A DNA stretch of 64,000 nt from a virus (IMGVR_UViG_3300044796_000401), one strand, 5' to 3'. Counted from the stretch's first letter, positions 33,810 to 43,126 are shown. Translations and numbers: made by a program. Notes: a model not told the origin generated them from the letters alone.

Positions 33810-34608
33810 GGGCTTCCCTACTTAAAGAAGCGGTATTTGGCTTTTCTAGCTGAAATTTACCCGCCTTTCTAAGAAAGGCAATAAACTTATCATAGGGCAT
33901 GGTTCCCTTCATTCGGTTGCAACTCCAACAAGCCGAGACACAATTTTCAAACACGTAGCCTTTCGTGTTGTTCTTACGATCAATGCCATTACATCTGCAT
34001 GCGCCGTTGAATCTCGAAGAGTGCTTCCTGTCCGACGGAGGTTCGCCACAGTAGTGACAATCACCTTGAGTAAGTACATCAAACTGTTCGTTCACCAATT
34101 CCCAAGAATGCCCGCGACGCTTAGCTGCCGCCTTGTAGATTTGCAGCAGATGGTTTCTCATTCCGATACCGGGCTCTAACATCCGACTCTCTTTACGCCA
34201 GCATCCGCAGCTTTTAGTCCTACCTGTAACCAACGCGTTCGTTCGGACGGTTACTTCTTTTCCGCATGCGCATTTGCACAGCCAGAGCTTCGCTGCCTGT
34301 TGACTTGAATCAAAATTGTGAAAACGAATGACAGTTAAACGATTGAACGTTTGGCCCACTAGCTGCTCTTCCGTACGCTTGTTGATGGATTCTCTAAGCG
34401 CAACCATGCATTCTCTGGCTACTTCTTTCATTAAACAGCCGCAGCTTTTAGTTCCCCCTCTTCGCAAATTGTTTCCAAGACAAATGACTTCCTGTCCGCA
34501 GTCACACTTACAGACCCACCGTGCTTGCCCGTTTTTGTCTTTTTTCGGGTGTTCGCCAACCACTACAAGCCGACTAAACCGCTGTCCTAATAGATCAATT
34601 TTTCTCAT
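33799..34608 (-). CDS. HNH homing endonuclease with duplicated N-terminal domain
   Basis: Two G..F.RL.V..W.CKC.CG..KSCGC units, then CHYCG and GIDRKNNTKGY..NCVSACWSCNRMKG. Confidence 0.85.
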   Translation of the reverse strand: MRKIDLLGQRFSRLVVVGEHPKKDKNGQARWVCKCDCGQEVICLGNNLRRGGTKSCGCLMKEVARECMVALRESINKRTEEQLVGQTFNRLTVIRFHNFDSSQQAAKLWLCKCACGKEVTVRTNALVTGRTKSCGCWRKESRMLEPGIGMRNHLLQIYKAAAKRRGHSWELVNEQFDVLTQGDCHYCGEPPSDRKHSSRFNGACRCNGIDRKNNTKGYVFENCVSACWSCNRMKGTMPYDKFIAFLRKAGKFQLEKPNTASLSREAHAV

Positions 34609-34647
34609 ACTACTTAATCCTGCCGTAGTTAGAAAACTTGATTAAGC

Positions 34648-37600
34648 CTACCTCTGGGCGTGCCAATCCTGGGGAATCCGGTTCCCCTTGCTGGCAAAAT
34701 ATTCATTCGCATAGTCTTGCCCAATTTCCTTCCATAGTTCCTCGGGGGTGCTATGACTTTCAGCGGCAAGCTGTTGTATATAGCCTTCCTTCAGAAACGC
34801 CTGCCGGGCCTCATCCTCGTCCGTCTGCGCCTTGCTGGCGAAGTCCTCAGACGCCGGTCTGTCCTGATGCTCTCGGTCGTAATGGTCGGCCTTCCTCAAC
34901 AGGGCGGCCTTTGGTTTTTTCATCGTTTCACTCGCTATGAGCGGCATGCCCGGCACCGTTTGCTGCATGAGCAAGGATTCCGGGTCGCCGTTGATGTTCG
35001 GATCGAACTGCCTATGCAATGGCTTCGAACGCGGAGGCTCGGCGTTGAGGGGCTGCTTCACCCCGTCCATGACGCCTTCCATGACATCCCTTTCGGCTTC
35101 CACATCGACGTGCTTGCGGAACTGTTCGCGAGGCGGCTTGAATTTCGGGGCGTCGTGGAACTCCACGGCGGCCCTCTTGCCGCCGATGTAAGACTCGATC
35201 TGTCCCGGCGCGAGGTTGAGTTGCTCCCGCAGCAACTCGATCTTCTGCTGCATCGGGCGGGCGGACTTGGCGAACCATCCCGTATCCTCTGTGGTGCCGA
35301 GCTTGTGCAGCGCCCATTTCATGGGATGGAAATCTATGCTCATCGCCAAGGAGGCGGACTTGAGGGCGGATTCCCGGTCCTCGACTCCGACCGCTATCCG
35401 CGCTTCCTCAACGACTGATTCTTCTTCCTGAGCGGCGGCTTTCTGCTCTTCTTCGTCCTCTTCGGGGTCCGGCACTGGCTGGTTGGGCGTGCCGCCGAGC
35501 GGAGCGCCCGCGCCGTAGAACTCCGTACCGGCGCTTGCCGGATTGTCCAAGGGCACATCCATCCCGTAGGCTTTCGTGGAGGCCGTCTTCTCTTCCCGCA
35601 GAGCGTCTAGGAATTCGTCTTTTTCCCCGGTCAGCAATTGCAACGCCTCTTTCGAGGATGTTTTTTGGGGCGGCTTGTGCAAGATATCCCAAAGGGTCTC
35701 ATACTCTTTTTCATATGTTTTTCCCTTGAGCAAATCACGGGGAAATTGGTTGTTCCTGATTAGTGTCTGGGCATCCACCTTGTCTTTTTGACGGCTTTGC
35801 GGCAGCCCCATGTCCACGCCGCCGAAGAAGCCGCCAATTTTCATGTCAATCAATGTCGCCGCATCGCAATACACGGGGGTCGTGTTGACGCTCGCCGGGG
35901 TGGGGAGGGGAACTTTATTGAACCCCGCTTTTCGCCCCTCTTGCATCGGTTGTATGAGTTCGCTGTTTTCCGGGTCCAGCAGATGTTCTTCGTCTTCGTC
36001 CGCCTGATAGCCGTTCTTGATGAGTACGAACCAAGCCTTTTTGGCGTCGGATACCGAAAGGTCGATGTCAAGCGTATTGCGGGCATACCCGTATTCTTGG
36101 AGCGCCACGCCGCCGATCACCAGCGACCCTATTCCGCTTTCCCCCAGTATTTTCACGGCCTTTTTCAGGGCTTGTTCTTTGTTTCCTGAGGCTTTTCGTA
36201 TCGCCACAGCCTCTTTGTGGTTGTAGCCGGGATCGCTTACCTTGGCGATGCGATTGACCAGCTTGTTTTGTTGTTCGGGGGCGAGTTGATTCCACGAAGC
36301 GTGAAACGGGAAATTCCAGTCCAAAGACGCCTTCATCCAGCCCACCCGGTTGTCAATGTTAAGCTGATTCCACTGAGCAGCAATTTTAGGAATGCTTTCC
36401 CGCTCGGTTTCATTCACAAAATTCTTGCTGAGTACGGCTCCGGTCTTCCGTTCCTTTCGGGCCTCCTCTTCCTGTTCGTCCTTCTCATCATCCGAATCCC
36501 ACTCGGAGCAGCAGGCGTCGCCGACCACGTGCGTTCTCCAGAACGAGCACCAAAGCCCACGTCCCTCAGGATCGGAAGCTTTGGCTTCTGCCCCGTACTC
36601 GCAACGCTTGCACCCGAATCCGCCCTCGTGCTCGCCATACTTCGCCTCTTCCTTGGTGAACTTCTCATCCATCGAGGGAGCGGTCTCGGGCTTGATCCCG
36701 AGGTGGTACAGGCGGCAACCGCCCGTGTCGAAGCTGATCGGCCCTTCGACGCGCATGCAATCTGATTCATCCCTCCTCATATCGCAATCCCGGCATAAAT
36801 ACAGCCCTTTAGGATCGTACGGTTTGATATCCGCGGTGTTGTCCTTTTCCTCGGCGTACTGTGCCCACTGCTTCATCTCCTCGCGGACGTGCGCCTCGTG
36901 CTCGAAGTCGTATTCGCCGGGATCGGGCGCGTTGGCGTGGGCTTGCTTTTCCAAAACGCTTCCTCTTTTTGCGAAATCCGCGTCCGACCGACCGATTTCT
37001 TCACGCACAGCCTCCGGCGTGAGCAAAGACTCTTTCAACGCCAATGTGCCGTGCGTGGCCGGGCTGTTGAACCAAACCATATTCTCCATCGTGCCCGCAT
37101 ACAGGCCCCCGCCTTCCGCCACGATTTGTTTGTACCGTTCCTCTTTCTCCGTAGTGCCCTTGGGGTCTTTTTTCTCCCCCCCGTCAACAGCCCCCACGCT
37201 CGGGAGACCGAATCGCACACGAGCATCGTTAAGGCGCTCACGCACCTTTTCGTCACTAAACTCGTTCACAAACAAACCAAACTGGGTACCGCTGACCGGA
37301 TCGTTGTAGATGATGTACTGATTGTCAGCCGTGCCGGGAGTCTTGGTCGCGCCCTTGTAGTCCACGCCGTACCTTTCAGCGGCGGCGCGAAACGGCGTCT
37401 CATCAATGTCACTCACGACTTTCTTGGCGATGCGAGCCGGACGTTCCACGGATGCCCTGACCATCTCGTATTCCGGCAGGCTTCTCTTGAAGAACTCGTG
37501 CTCTTCCCTCTCCACCTCGACCGGACGCATGGCGGGGTCGCTTTCCTTGAAGAACGCGGCGTCTTCCTTGCCCTCGGGCGGCTCCAATTTGGGATGGGGC

Positions 37601-37824
37601 TCCACGACTTCGGCCGAGTAATGCAAGTCCTGAGGCGGGATGCTGACATCGAGACCCTCTTCAGGCTCCGTGGTATTGCGCCCGGCGTAGTCCTTGCCGT
37701 TCTGGGTCGTGAAATCCGGGTCCGAGTGGTGTTGGTGGGTGGCGTACTCGGGGTCTGCGTACATCTCCAGCAGGGCGTCTAACGCCTTCTTTTTGAGCAA
37801 ACCAGATTTGGAGTTGGAAGCCAT
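34648..37824 (-). CDS. Giant K-x-A-linked polyprotein (duplicated domain, two HiPIP-like Cys motifs, nucleotidyltransferase)
   Basis: Start MASNSKSGLLKKKA (ATG 37824). IGGVAL..YGYARNTLDIDL NTase motif; CxxC..C..GC twice; KKAL, KQAH, KTGA, KIAA, KEAV, RKAS, KTAS and RKAD linkers. Confidence 0.75.
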   Translation of the reverse strand: MASNSKSGLLKKKALDALLEMYADPEYATHQHHSDPDFTTQNGKDYAGRNTTEPEEGLDVSIPPQDLHYSAEVVEPHPKLEPPEGKEDAAFFKESDPAMRPVEVEREEHEFFKRSLPEYEMVRASVERPARIAKKVVSDIDETPFRAAAERYGVDYKGATKTPGTADNQYIIYNDPVSGTQFGLFVNEFSDEKVRERLNDARVRFGLPSVGAVDGGEKKDPKGTTEKEERYKQIVAEGGGLYAGTMENMVWFNSPATHGTLALKESLLTPEAVREEIGRSDADFAKRGSVLEKQAHANAPDPGEYDFEHEAHVREEMKQWAQYAEEKDNTADIKPYDPKGLYLCRDCDMRRDESDCMRVEGPISFDTGGCRLYHLGIKPETAPSMDEKFTKEEAKYGEHEGGFGCKRCEYGAEAKASDPEGRGLWCSFWRTHVVGDACCSEWDSDDEKDEQEEEARKERKTGAVLSKNFVNETERESIPKIAAQWNQLNIDNRVGWMKASLDWNFPFHASWNQLAPEQQNKLVNRIAKVSDPGYNHKEAVAIRKASGNKEQALKKAVKILGESGIGSLVIGGVALQEYGYARNTLDIDLSVSDAKKAWFVLIKNGYQADEDEEHLLDPENSELIQPMQEGRKAGFNKVPLPTPASVNTTPVYCDAATLIDMKIGGFFGGVDMGLPQSRQKDKVDAQTLIRNNQFPRDLLKGKTYEKEYETLWDILHKPPQKTSSKEALQLLTGEKDEFLDALREEKTASTKAYGMDVPLDNPASAGTEFYGAGAPLGGTPNQPVPDPEEDEEEQKAAAQEEESVVEEARIAVGVEDRESALKSASLAMSIDFHPMKWALHKLGTTEDTGWFAKSARPMQQKIELLREQLNLAPGQIESYIGGKRAAVEFHDAPKFKPPREQFRKHVDVEAERDVMEGVMDGVKQPLNAEPPRSKPLHRQFDPNINGDPESLLMQQTVPGMPLIASETMKKPKAALLRKADHYDREHQDRPASEDFASKAQTDEDEARQAFLKEGYIQQLAAESHSTPEELWKEIGQDYANEYFASKGNRIPQDWHAQR

Positions 37825-37885
37825 CCTAATAAGAGAACAAAAAGTTGTGAAAGCACAAATTGCAACTTTCCAGTATCTAAGTAGG
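37825..37885. promoter_or_regulatory. Back-to-back pair of putative phage late promoters
   Basis: Minus AACTTTTTGTTCTCTTATTAGG (37846-37825) directly before ATG 37824, and plus AACTTTCCAGTATCTAAGTAGG (37864-37885) before ATG 37902. CAGTATCTAAGTAGG recurs at 25270-25284 (minus). Confidence 0.5.
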
Positions 37886-37901
37886 AAGGAAAATTGTTGC
37901 A

Positions 37902-38501
37902 ATGAACTGCACCAGATGCAAAAAGGCCCACAACGAGGCCGGAAAAATGTGCCGAATATGCCTTGACTACGCGTATACACTTCGCAAAAACAAAGTAGCC
38001 GGGGGCAAATGCCAGTGGTGCGGAAGGCCGTTGGCATCAAAGACGCTTTGCCAAAAGTGCCTTGACAAACAGACCAGTGCCCGTGAAGCAAAGATGTCTA
38101 TTGGGGAATGCACCTTTTGCGACCAAAAGGCCGTTTCGGGAGGCTCGACTTGCTTGGTCTGCCGCAGCCGAAGGCGACTCTGGAAGCATGGCATCTCGCG
38201 AGAAGACTACAAATTCATCCTAAAGACACAGGACAACAAATGTCCTCTGTGTGGCCGGATTCTGGACGCTAACTGTAACATCGATCACGATCACCGATGT
38301 TGCCGAGGAGTGTCTGGCGGGGAACGAGGAAGAAAACCAGCGTGTGGGAAATGCATCCGCGGAATAGTCTGCTGGAAATGTAACCGATTCTTGGTCGCTT
38401 GGGGTGATTTCATGCTCCAGCAGCCCAACGGGGAAGAACTGTTACGGGATAGCTACCCGGCCCTGCTTCATTATCTGAATTCAAAGCTCTTCAAGAAGTA
38501 G
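37902..38501 (+). CDS. Endonuclease VII-family homing endonuclease with zinc fingers
   Basis: TQDNKCPLCG, NIDHDH and IRGIVCWKCN motifs; three N-terminal CxxC..CxxC units. Confidence 0.85.
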   Translation: MNCTRCKKAHNEAGKMCRICLDYAYTLRKNKVAGGKCQWCGRPLASKTLCQKCLDKQTSAREAKMSIGECTFCDQKAVSGGSTCLVCRSRRRLWKHGISREDYKFILKTQDNKCPLCGRILDANCNIDHDHRCCRGVSGGERGRKPACGKCIRGIVCWKCNRFLVAWGDFMLQQPNGEELLRDSYPALLHYLNSKLFKK

Positions 38502-38542
38502 CCAAAACCCCCCAACCGCTGTATACTGGGGGCGGAGGAACA

Positions 38543-39166
38543 ATGGGCGATATATTAAAGGAACAGGCGGTGAGAGAGTTAGAAACTGATGGGTGGGAAG
38601 TTCTAACTACAGGATTCCCCGATGTGATTGCTCGGAAAACTAGAGATGGTAAACCTACGTTTTTCACCCGAGAGATGAAAAATCTCAGCACAGGGGACCG
38701 TCCCAGTAAAGAACAACTAAAAATGGCGGCGTGGCTTAACGAATTGGGAATACGCCATGAGATTACTTACAGCCATCCCTTAGTAAATGAAGATACTGAT
38801 GGCACAGAACCCGAAACTCGTGTTATCTGTGAACCGGGGGAACTGCCCCGAGTTATTCGTGCCAAATTGGCACCCGGTTTCTACGGATACACCACACAAG
38901 ACGGAGCATCTCTTCGAATTCGTATTGATGAAAACGGTACAACGCTCTTAAAGAACAGCATTTTGCGCAAACAAGAGACAGAAAATCTACAGGACAGACG
39001 CCCGCTAATCGTTGCACAGCGAGATGAATGGATAAAGAATGGTGTCTTAACTGCCGAAGGTTCTTTTCTTCGACTTGTACAGGATGTAAACGTCACCAGT
39101 CCGACTCGGGCAGCTTGTATAGGACTCGGTGCTTTTAGAAGCAGTACTGTATGGAAACCAGAATAA
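38543..39166 (+). CDS. PD-(D/E)xK nuclease fused to a DUF4357/RAMA-like domain
   Basis: GFPDVIAR...EMK....RPSKEQ (VRR-NUC-like); C-terminal LLKNS..NGVL...LVQDVNVTSPTRAA..LG...W is typical of DUF4357. Confidence 0.65.
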   Translation: MGDILKEQAVRELETDGWEVLTTGFPDVIARKTRDGKPTFFTREMKNLSTGDRPSKEQLKMAAWLNELGIRHEITYSHPLVNEDTDGTEPETRVICEPGELPRVIRAKLAPGFYGYTTQDGASLRIRIDENGTTLLKNSILRKQETENLQDRRPLIVAQRDEWIKNGVLTAEGSFLRLVQDVNVTSPTRAACIGLGAFRSSTVWKPE

Positions 39167-39246
39167 ATTATGGGGTTCTCTTGGGGGTAGCCCCTCCCCA
39201 CCGCTCTATGGTATACTGTGAGTAAAGCATCTACCAAGGAGGAAGC

Positions 39247-39456
39247 GTGAGACTCTGTGAATGCAATCCCGACATGACGCAATGTCCCAACGCGGGTGAA
39301 TATCCTGTCATTTTTGAAGTTTACGAGGACGTGAAGCGGGTCAACTGGGTATGCAAGGACCATTACGGTGTTTTGATCGAGTTCAAACTGGCGAAGGATG
39401 CGCCAGACAGTTTGGTTAACCAGGTTGAGTGCCCAGAAGCAAACCATAAAGCTTGA
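39247..39456 (+). CDS. Small Cys/His hypothetical protein
   Basis: GTG after AGGAGG; CEC..C..VCKDH; extended -10 TGGTATACT upstream at about 39209-39217. Confidence 0.6.
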   Translation: MRLCECNPDMTQCPNAGEYPVIFEVYEDVKRVNWVCKDHYGVLIEFKLAKDAPDSLVNQVECPEANHKA

Positions 39457-39552
39457 AGGACGGTCCATAGCTAATTTCCAAAACAAGAAGCCACACAACA
39501 CAGTATTAGACAGGGAGGGCAGTACGCCCTCCCCTTTTCATTTGGAGAGCCC

Positions 39553-39810
39553 GTGCCAACCTACACCATACCCACCCCCGGTATCTTGGATTATGTTGAA
39601 ATCCCGCTTTCAAACGGCAAAACCGCATGGTACAAGCCACTGCATGCTGGACCACCGTACAACTCCGTGGTGACCGTCCTCGTTGACGGCGACAAGATAG
39701 CCGTGACGGATGACCACGGGACCGCGTTTGCGGAAGTGGAAATAAAAAAGCCCCGGTCTGTTAAACCGAGGCTTTCTGCTGGTTCCGTGGGGACCTATTA
39801 CTGGGAGTAG
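39553..39810 (+). CDS. Hypothetical protein
   Basis: GTG after GGAG; convergent with the tail tube gene. Confidence 0.5.
   Translation: MPTYTIPTPGILDYVEIPLSNGKTAWYKPLHAGPPYNSVVTVLVDGDKIAVTDDHGTAFAEVEIKKPRSVKPRLSAGSVGTYYWE
39740..39776 (-). terminator. Rho-independent terminator after the tail tube gene
   Basis: Minus strand AAAGCCTCGGT..ACCGGGGCTTT followed by TTTATTTC. Confidence 0.75.
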
Positions 39811-40484
39811 AGGAGCGAGCGACCTGTCTCGTCGCCGGTGTTCAATCCGGCGTCGAGGAACTCGCCGTAGATCGAGCCGCTCACGTCGAAGATGTCCGTG
39901 ACCTGCACGCTGCAATCTTCCTGGACGGCCGCCGTGTCCACGGTGTAGGCCGTGTTGTACGATTCCATCCAGCATCCCTCGTATACTGTTGCCACGGCTA
40001 GGAGGCCGGGGTTGCCGAGGTTGTTCAAGCCGCCCTCGTTCGGGACATCCGCTGGCGTCGCGTATTCCTGGGCCGGATCGCCTGCGTAGCCGCCGGGGTC
40101 TTCCGTCGCAAGCTGGCTGAACACGATCTCGGTCTTGATGTCGAAGGGCCAGCGGTGGTGCTTGAGCGAGCGCACCGCGCCGCTCGTGCCCGCCTTGTAG
40201 CCAAGCACCTGCATGAGGTTCGCGAGGTAGAGCGCCGTGCGGGTGATCGCCAGCGTTGTCGGGGCGGTGACGCCGGGCACGAGTTCGGCCACCTGGTCGC
40301 CGTAGCCCAGACCGCGGATCGCGTCGAGGGGTTTGGTTTCTGAGATTGTGAATGACGAGGTCACGCCCAACTTGATAAACCGTCCCACGTCAACCAGATC
40401 GGTGAAAATCTTGAATCGACTGGAGATAACGGTCTCGGTGTTGGGGCTTGTGCCTTGCCGATATACGTAGCCGCCTTGTGCCAT
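39798..40484 (-). CDS. Tail tube protein
   Basis: IG..SSF..SE...DAIRGLG..DQVAELVPGVT..TLAI.R..LY, FDI and VYEGCW.ESY....V.EDC motifs of gp19-like tubes; downstream of the sheath. Confidence 0.8.
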   Translation of the reverse strand: MAQGGYVYRQGTSPNTETVISSRFKIFTDLVDVGRFIKLGVTSSFTISETKPLDAIRGLGYGDQVAELVPGVTAPTTLAITRTALYLANLMQVLGYKAGTSGAVRSLKHHRWPFDIKTEIVFSQLATEDPGGYAGDPAQEYATPADVPNEGGLNNLGNPGLLAVATVYEGCWMESYNTAYTVDTAAVQEDCSVQVTDIFDVSGSIYGEFLDAGLNTGDETGRSLLYSQ

Positions 40485-40554
40485 AGTCTGTTCCTCTGCC
40501 CCTTGCGGGGTCTTCTGTACTAAAAGCCGATATTCGCCAAACTGAGTTTGGCTG

Positions 40555-42231
40555 TTACTCCGAGGCCGCTATCGCCAGACCGAGGAACGAGCTTTTCTTG
40601 CCCTTGTTCTCTGCCTTGATCTTGGCTGCCGCTTCTTCGGATTCCACCTGCGCCTGCTGCTTGCTCAGGACTTTCGTGGCCTCGTTGAACAGGTCAGCCG
40701 CACGGAAAATCGCCTCTACCGCCTCGCGCACGGGACGAGTGTCGTTCACGTTCGTGAGCGGCTTCGCCTCAAGGTATATGCGCTTCAAGTCCGCACCCAG
40801 CTTCTCGGACTCCTTGACCGCCTTACCGATGGTCATTTCAGCCGCTTGCTTGTTGAGCGTAATGGGTGCGGTTGTCGCCGGACGGTCGATCCCAGTCTTA
40901 TCTTCGAGCTTGGAGTGCGCCTCGCCAATTTCCGGAGTGCGCCCGCCATCTTCCGTCACTTCGATTGGCTTGCCGCCGCCGATAAACCATGAGCCGCCCT
41001 GCGCGTTGGCGATCTTGTCCAGCGCCGCGAACGCTTCCTTCAGGCTGCCTTCCTTCTCGTTGTGAATCTTCCATGCCGTAGCGTAGGCCTTGTCTTTCTC
41101 GCCGGGGTACTGACCCTTGAGCTTGCGCATCAACTCTTCGCTGATGCCCGGAGGCGTAACGGCAACCTTTTCCGTGGATGCAACGATAGGCTCCTCTTCC
41201 GGAGCGGCGGTCGCCAAGCCGCCGAGGCTCACCTGCGCTTGGGCGGGATTGTCAGCGGCTTTCTTCTTGGCTGACGCCACGGGTGCGGGAATCGGAGCCG
41301 GAGCGGGTGCCGCTGCTGGCGCCGCGGCCGCGGGTGCCGCCTTGGGCTCTTCCTGCTCAATCGGGCGGGTCTTCAGTTCACGTGTCATAACTTCAACAAG
41401 AGCCTGACCCTGCTTGTCTTCCTCGAACGATTTGCAACCCACGGCTGCCTTGATCAATTCCGACAAAGCTTCGGTGCCAAGGAGCTTGACATCGAACGTG
41501 CCTTCTTCCGGAATCGGAGCGGCGGCTGGCGCTGGCGGAGTCACCGGGGCTATCGGGGTGGCGGCTGGCTTCTGCGCTTTCTTGTCCTTGGCTGCCAAGC
41601 GGGGCACTTCCACCTTCTCGGGTGCCTTGGCTACGCCCTTCTCGTCGCGGTCCGTGGAAAACGCCGCGCCGCCGTCGGCTTTCTTGCTCGGAACCGCACG
41701 GCATCCGCAATGTGAACAAGTATGAGCGCGGCTCGGCTTTGCCGTCTCATCGTGACAATAGCAGGTCTTTTCCTCGCAGCCACTACGGTCCCATTTGTAC
41801 GTCGTATCGGCCTTCTTCGCCGACGCCATGGGCGCGGGCATCTGCGCCCTTGCCGGAACTGCGGCTGGCTGGCCGACCGGGGCATTCTGCTGCACTTGCG
41901 ATTTTCGGGAATGTGACTCCCTGCGCCATTTTGCAATCATATCTACCTCTTGTTTGACCTTGTTGGCCACGTCCGGCTTGACCGTATCGTCGAAGTACTC
42001 CTCGATGGTGCTCACGCCATCCTGCGCCATTTCCTGCGGATTCTTGTTCAAGATCGTCGATAGGAAATCCATGGAGTCCTGAAGCTGTTCCAGCCGGGGA
42101 TCGTTCTCGTTTTCCGCCTTCCAGTACTCGGATAGCGTCTGGGCGTACCGGAGCGCGTCCTCGACGGTCTGCTTGGAGGCCTTGATCGTTGCCTTCTTGG
42201 CTTGCTGGCGGCGTGCTGTGAATTCCATCAT
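40555..42231 (-). CDS. K-x-A-linked multidomain head-associated protein with a TDRD peptide
   Basis: KKAD, KKAA, KVAV, KIAN and KQAA boundaries separate a Cys-rich mini-domain, the TDRD peptide, a PPG..KAYATAW (ChaB-like) mini-domain and helical domains. Confidence 0.7.
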   Translation of the reverse strand: MMEFTARRQQAKKATIKASKQTVEDALRYAQTLSEYWKAENENDPRLEQLQDSMDFLSTILNKNPQEMAQDGVSTIEEYFDDTVKPDVANKVKQEVDMIAKWRRESHSRKSQVQQNAPVGQPAAVPARAQMPAPMASAKKADTTYKWDRSGCEEKTCYCHDETAKPSRAHTCSHCGCRAVPSKKADGGAAFSTDRDEKGVAKAPEKVEVPRLAAKDKKAQKPAATPIAPVTPPAPAAAPIPEEGTFDVKLLGTEALSELIKAAVGCKSFEEDKQGQALVEVMTRELKTRPIEQEEPKAAPAAAAPAAAPAPAPIPAPVASAKKKAADNPAQAQVSLGGLATAAPEEEPIVASTEKVAVTPPGISEELMRKLKGQYPGEKDKAYATAWKIHNEKEGSLKEAFAALDKIANAQGGSWFIGGGKPIEVTEDGGRTPEIGEAHSKLEDKTGIDRPATTAPITLNKQAAEMTIGKAVKESEKLGADLKRIYLEAKPLTNVNDTRPVREAVEAIFRAADLFNEATKVLSKQQAQVESEEAAAKIKAENKGKKSSFLGLAIAASE

Positions 42232-42677
42232 TAGACTGTCACCGGATTAATAACGGGCACAGGAGTCTGCGAGCGTAATTGCTGCATCGCTTGGGCAATA
42301 CGCCCCGTACCGGAAGCCATCAATATGCTTGCCCAAGATGTCGCCGCTTCACTGGGGTTAAGCGTCACGCAATCCAGAGGCCCCTGTATTGGTGCTGGCT
42401 GGTTCGGATTCTGAGCTTGCGGCAGGGCTTCCATGAATCGAACAACTTGAGACGACAACTGAGTTGTCACTCCCACCCACATCTCCGTCGTAGGAAACTG
42501 AAACACAAAAGATGGATTCGACGGATCGGTGAACGAGCCAGCGATATTGACCACCGGGTCGCCAAACGCCGCAATTCTCTGCTTATCCGACATGTCGGTC
42601 TGATCCCCCACGAAAGTTGCCTGAAGGATGACGCTAATAACACCGTTTGCTTGACTGACTATTGCGTTTACCTTCAT
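42231..42677 (-). CDS. Hypothetical, probably structural protein
   Basis: TAATG-coupled at both ends within the tail operon. Confidence 0.65.
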   Translation of the reverse strand: MKVNAIVSQANGVISVILQATFVGDQTDMSDKQRIAAFGDPVVNIAGSFTDPSNPSFVFQFPTTEMWVGVTTQLSSQVVRFMEALPQAQNPNQPAPIQGPLDCVTLNPSEAATSWASILMASGTGRIAQAMQQLRSQTPVPVINPVTV

Positions 42678-43120
42678 TAGACCGTCACCGCCTCAAAATT
42701 GGTTCGATGGAATTTCAAATACTCAACAAGCTTCGCCAGCGTATCGGTATTTTCCCCAACCAAGCCTATAGCTGCGTTGCAATTGCCGCACAAAATCCCC
42801 CGCAATTTTTTCGTGTTGTGGTTATGATCAAGATGCCATCCTTGAGCATGCCGAGGCTCCGAAGACCCACATCCGGCGCATATGCGGCCTTGCTTGTCGA
42901 ACATTTGCTTGCGTTCTTCCAATGTGATCCCGTAGCGCCATTTGTGCTGGCGGTCCTTTGCAAAATTTTTCGGAAGCTTGCTTGTATAAGTCTTCCGATA
43001 CACCCTGCCAACTTCACTAACACACCCACGGCAATAACAATGCAGTCCGTCTCTCGCCACGTTCTTCTTTCCGAACTGTCCGGTATCTTTTTCCGCTTTG
43101 CACCTTATGCATATTTTCAT
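42677..43120 (-). CDS. Endonuclease VII-family homing endonuclease
   Basis: RYGIT..E...MFDKQGRICAGCG, HLDHNH and LRGILCGNCNAAIG motifs. Confidence 0.9.
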   Translation of the reverse strand: MKICIRCKAEKDTGQFGKKNVARDGLHCYCRGCVSEVGRVYRKTYTSKLPKNFAKDRQHKWRYGITLEERKQMFDKQGRICAGCGSSEPRHAQGWHLDHNHNTKKLRGILCGNCNAAIGLVGENTDTLAKLVEYLKFHRTNFEAVTV

Positions 43121-43126
43121 TTAAGC

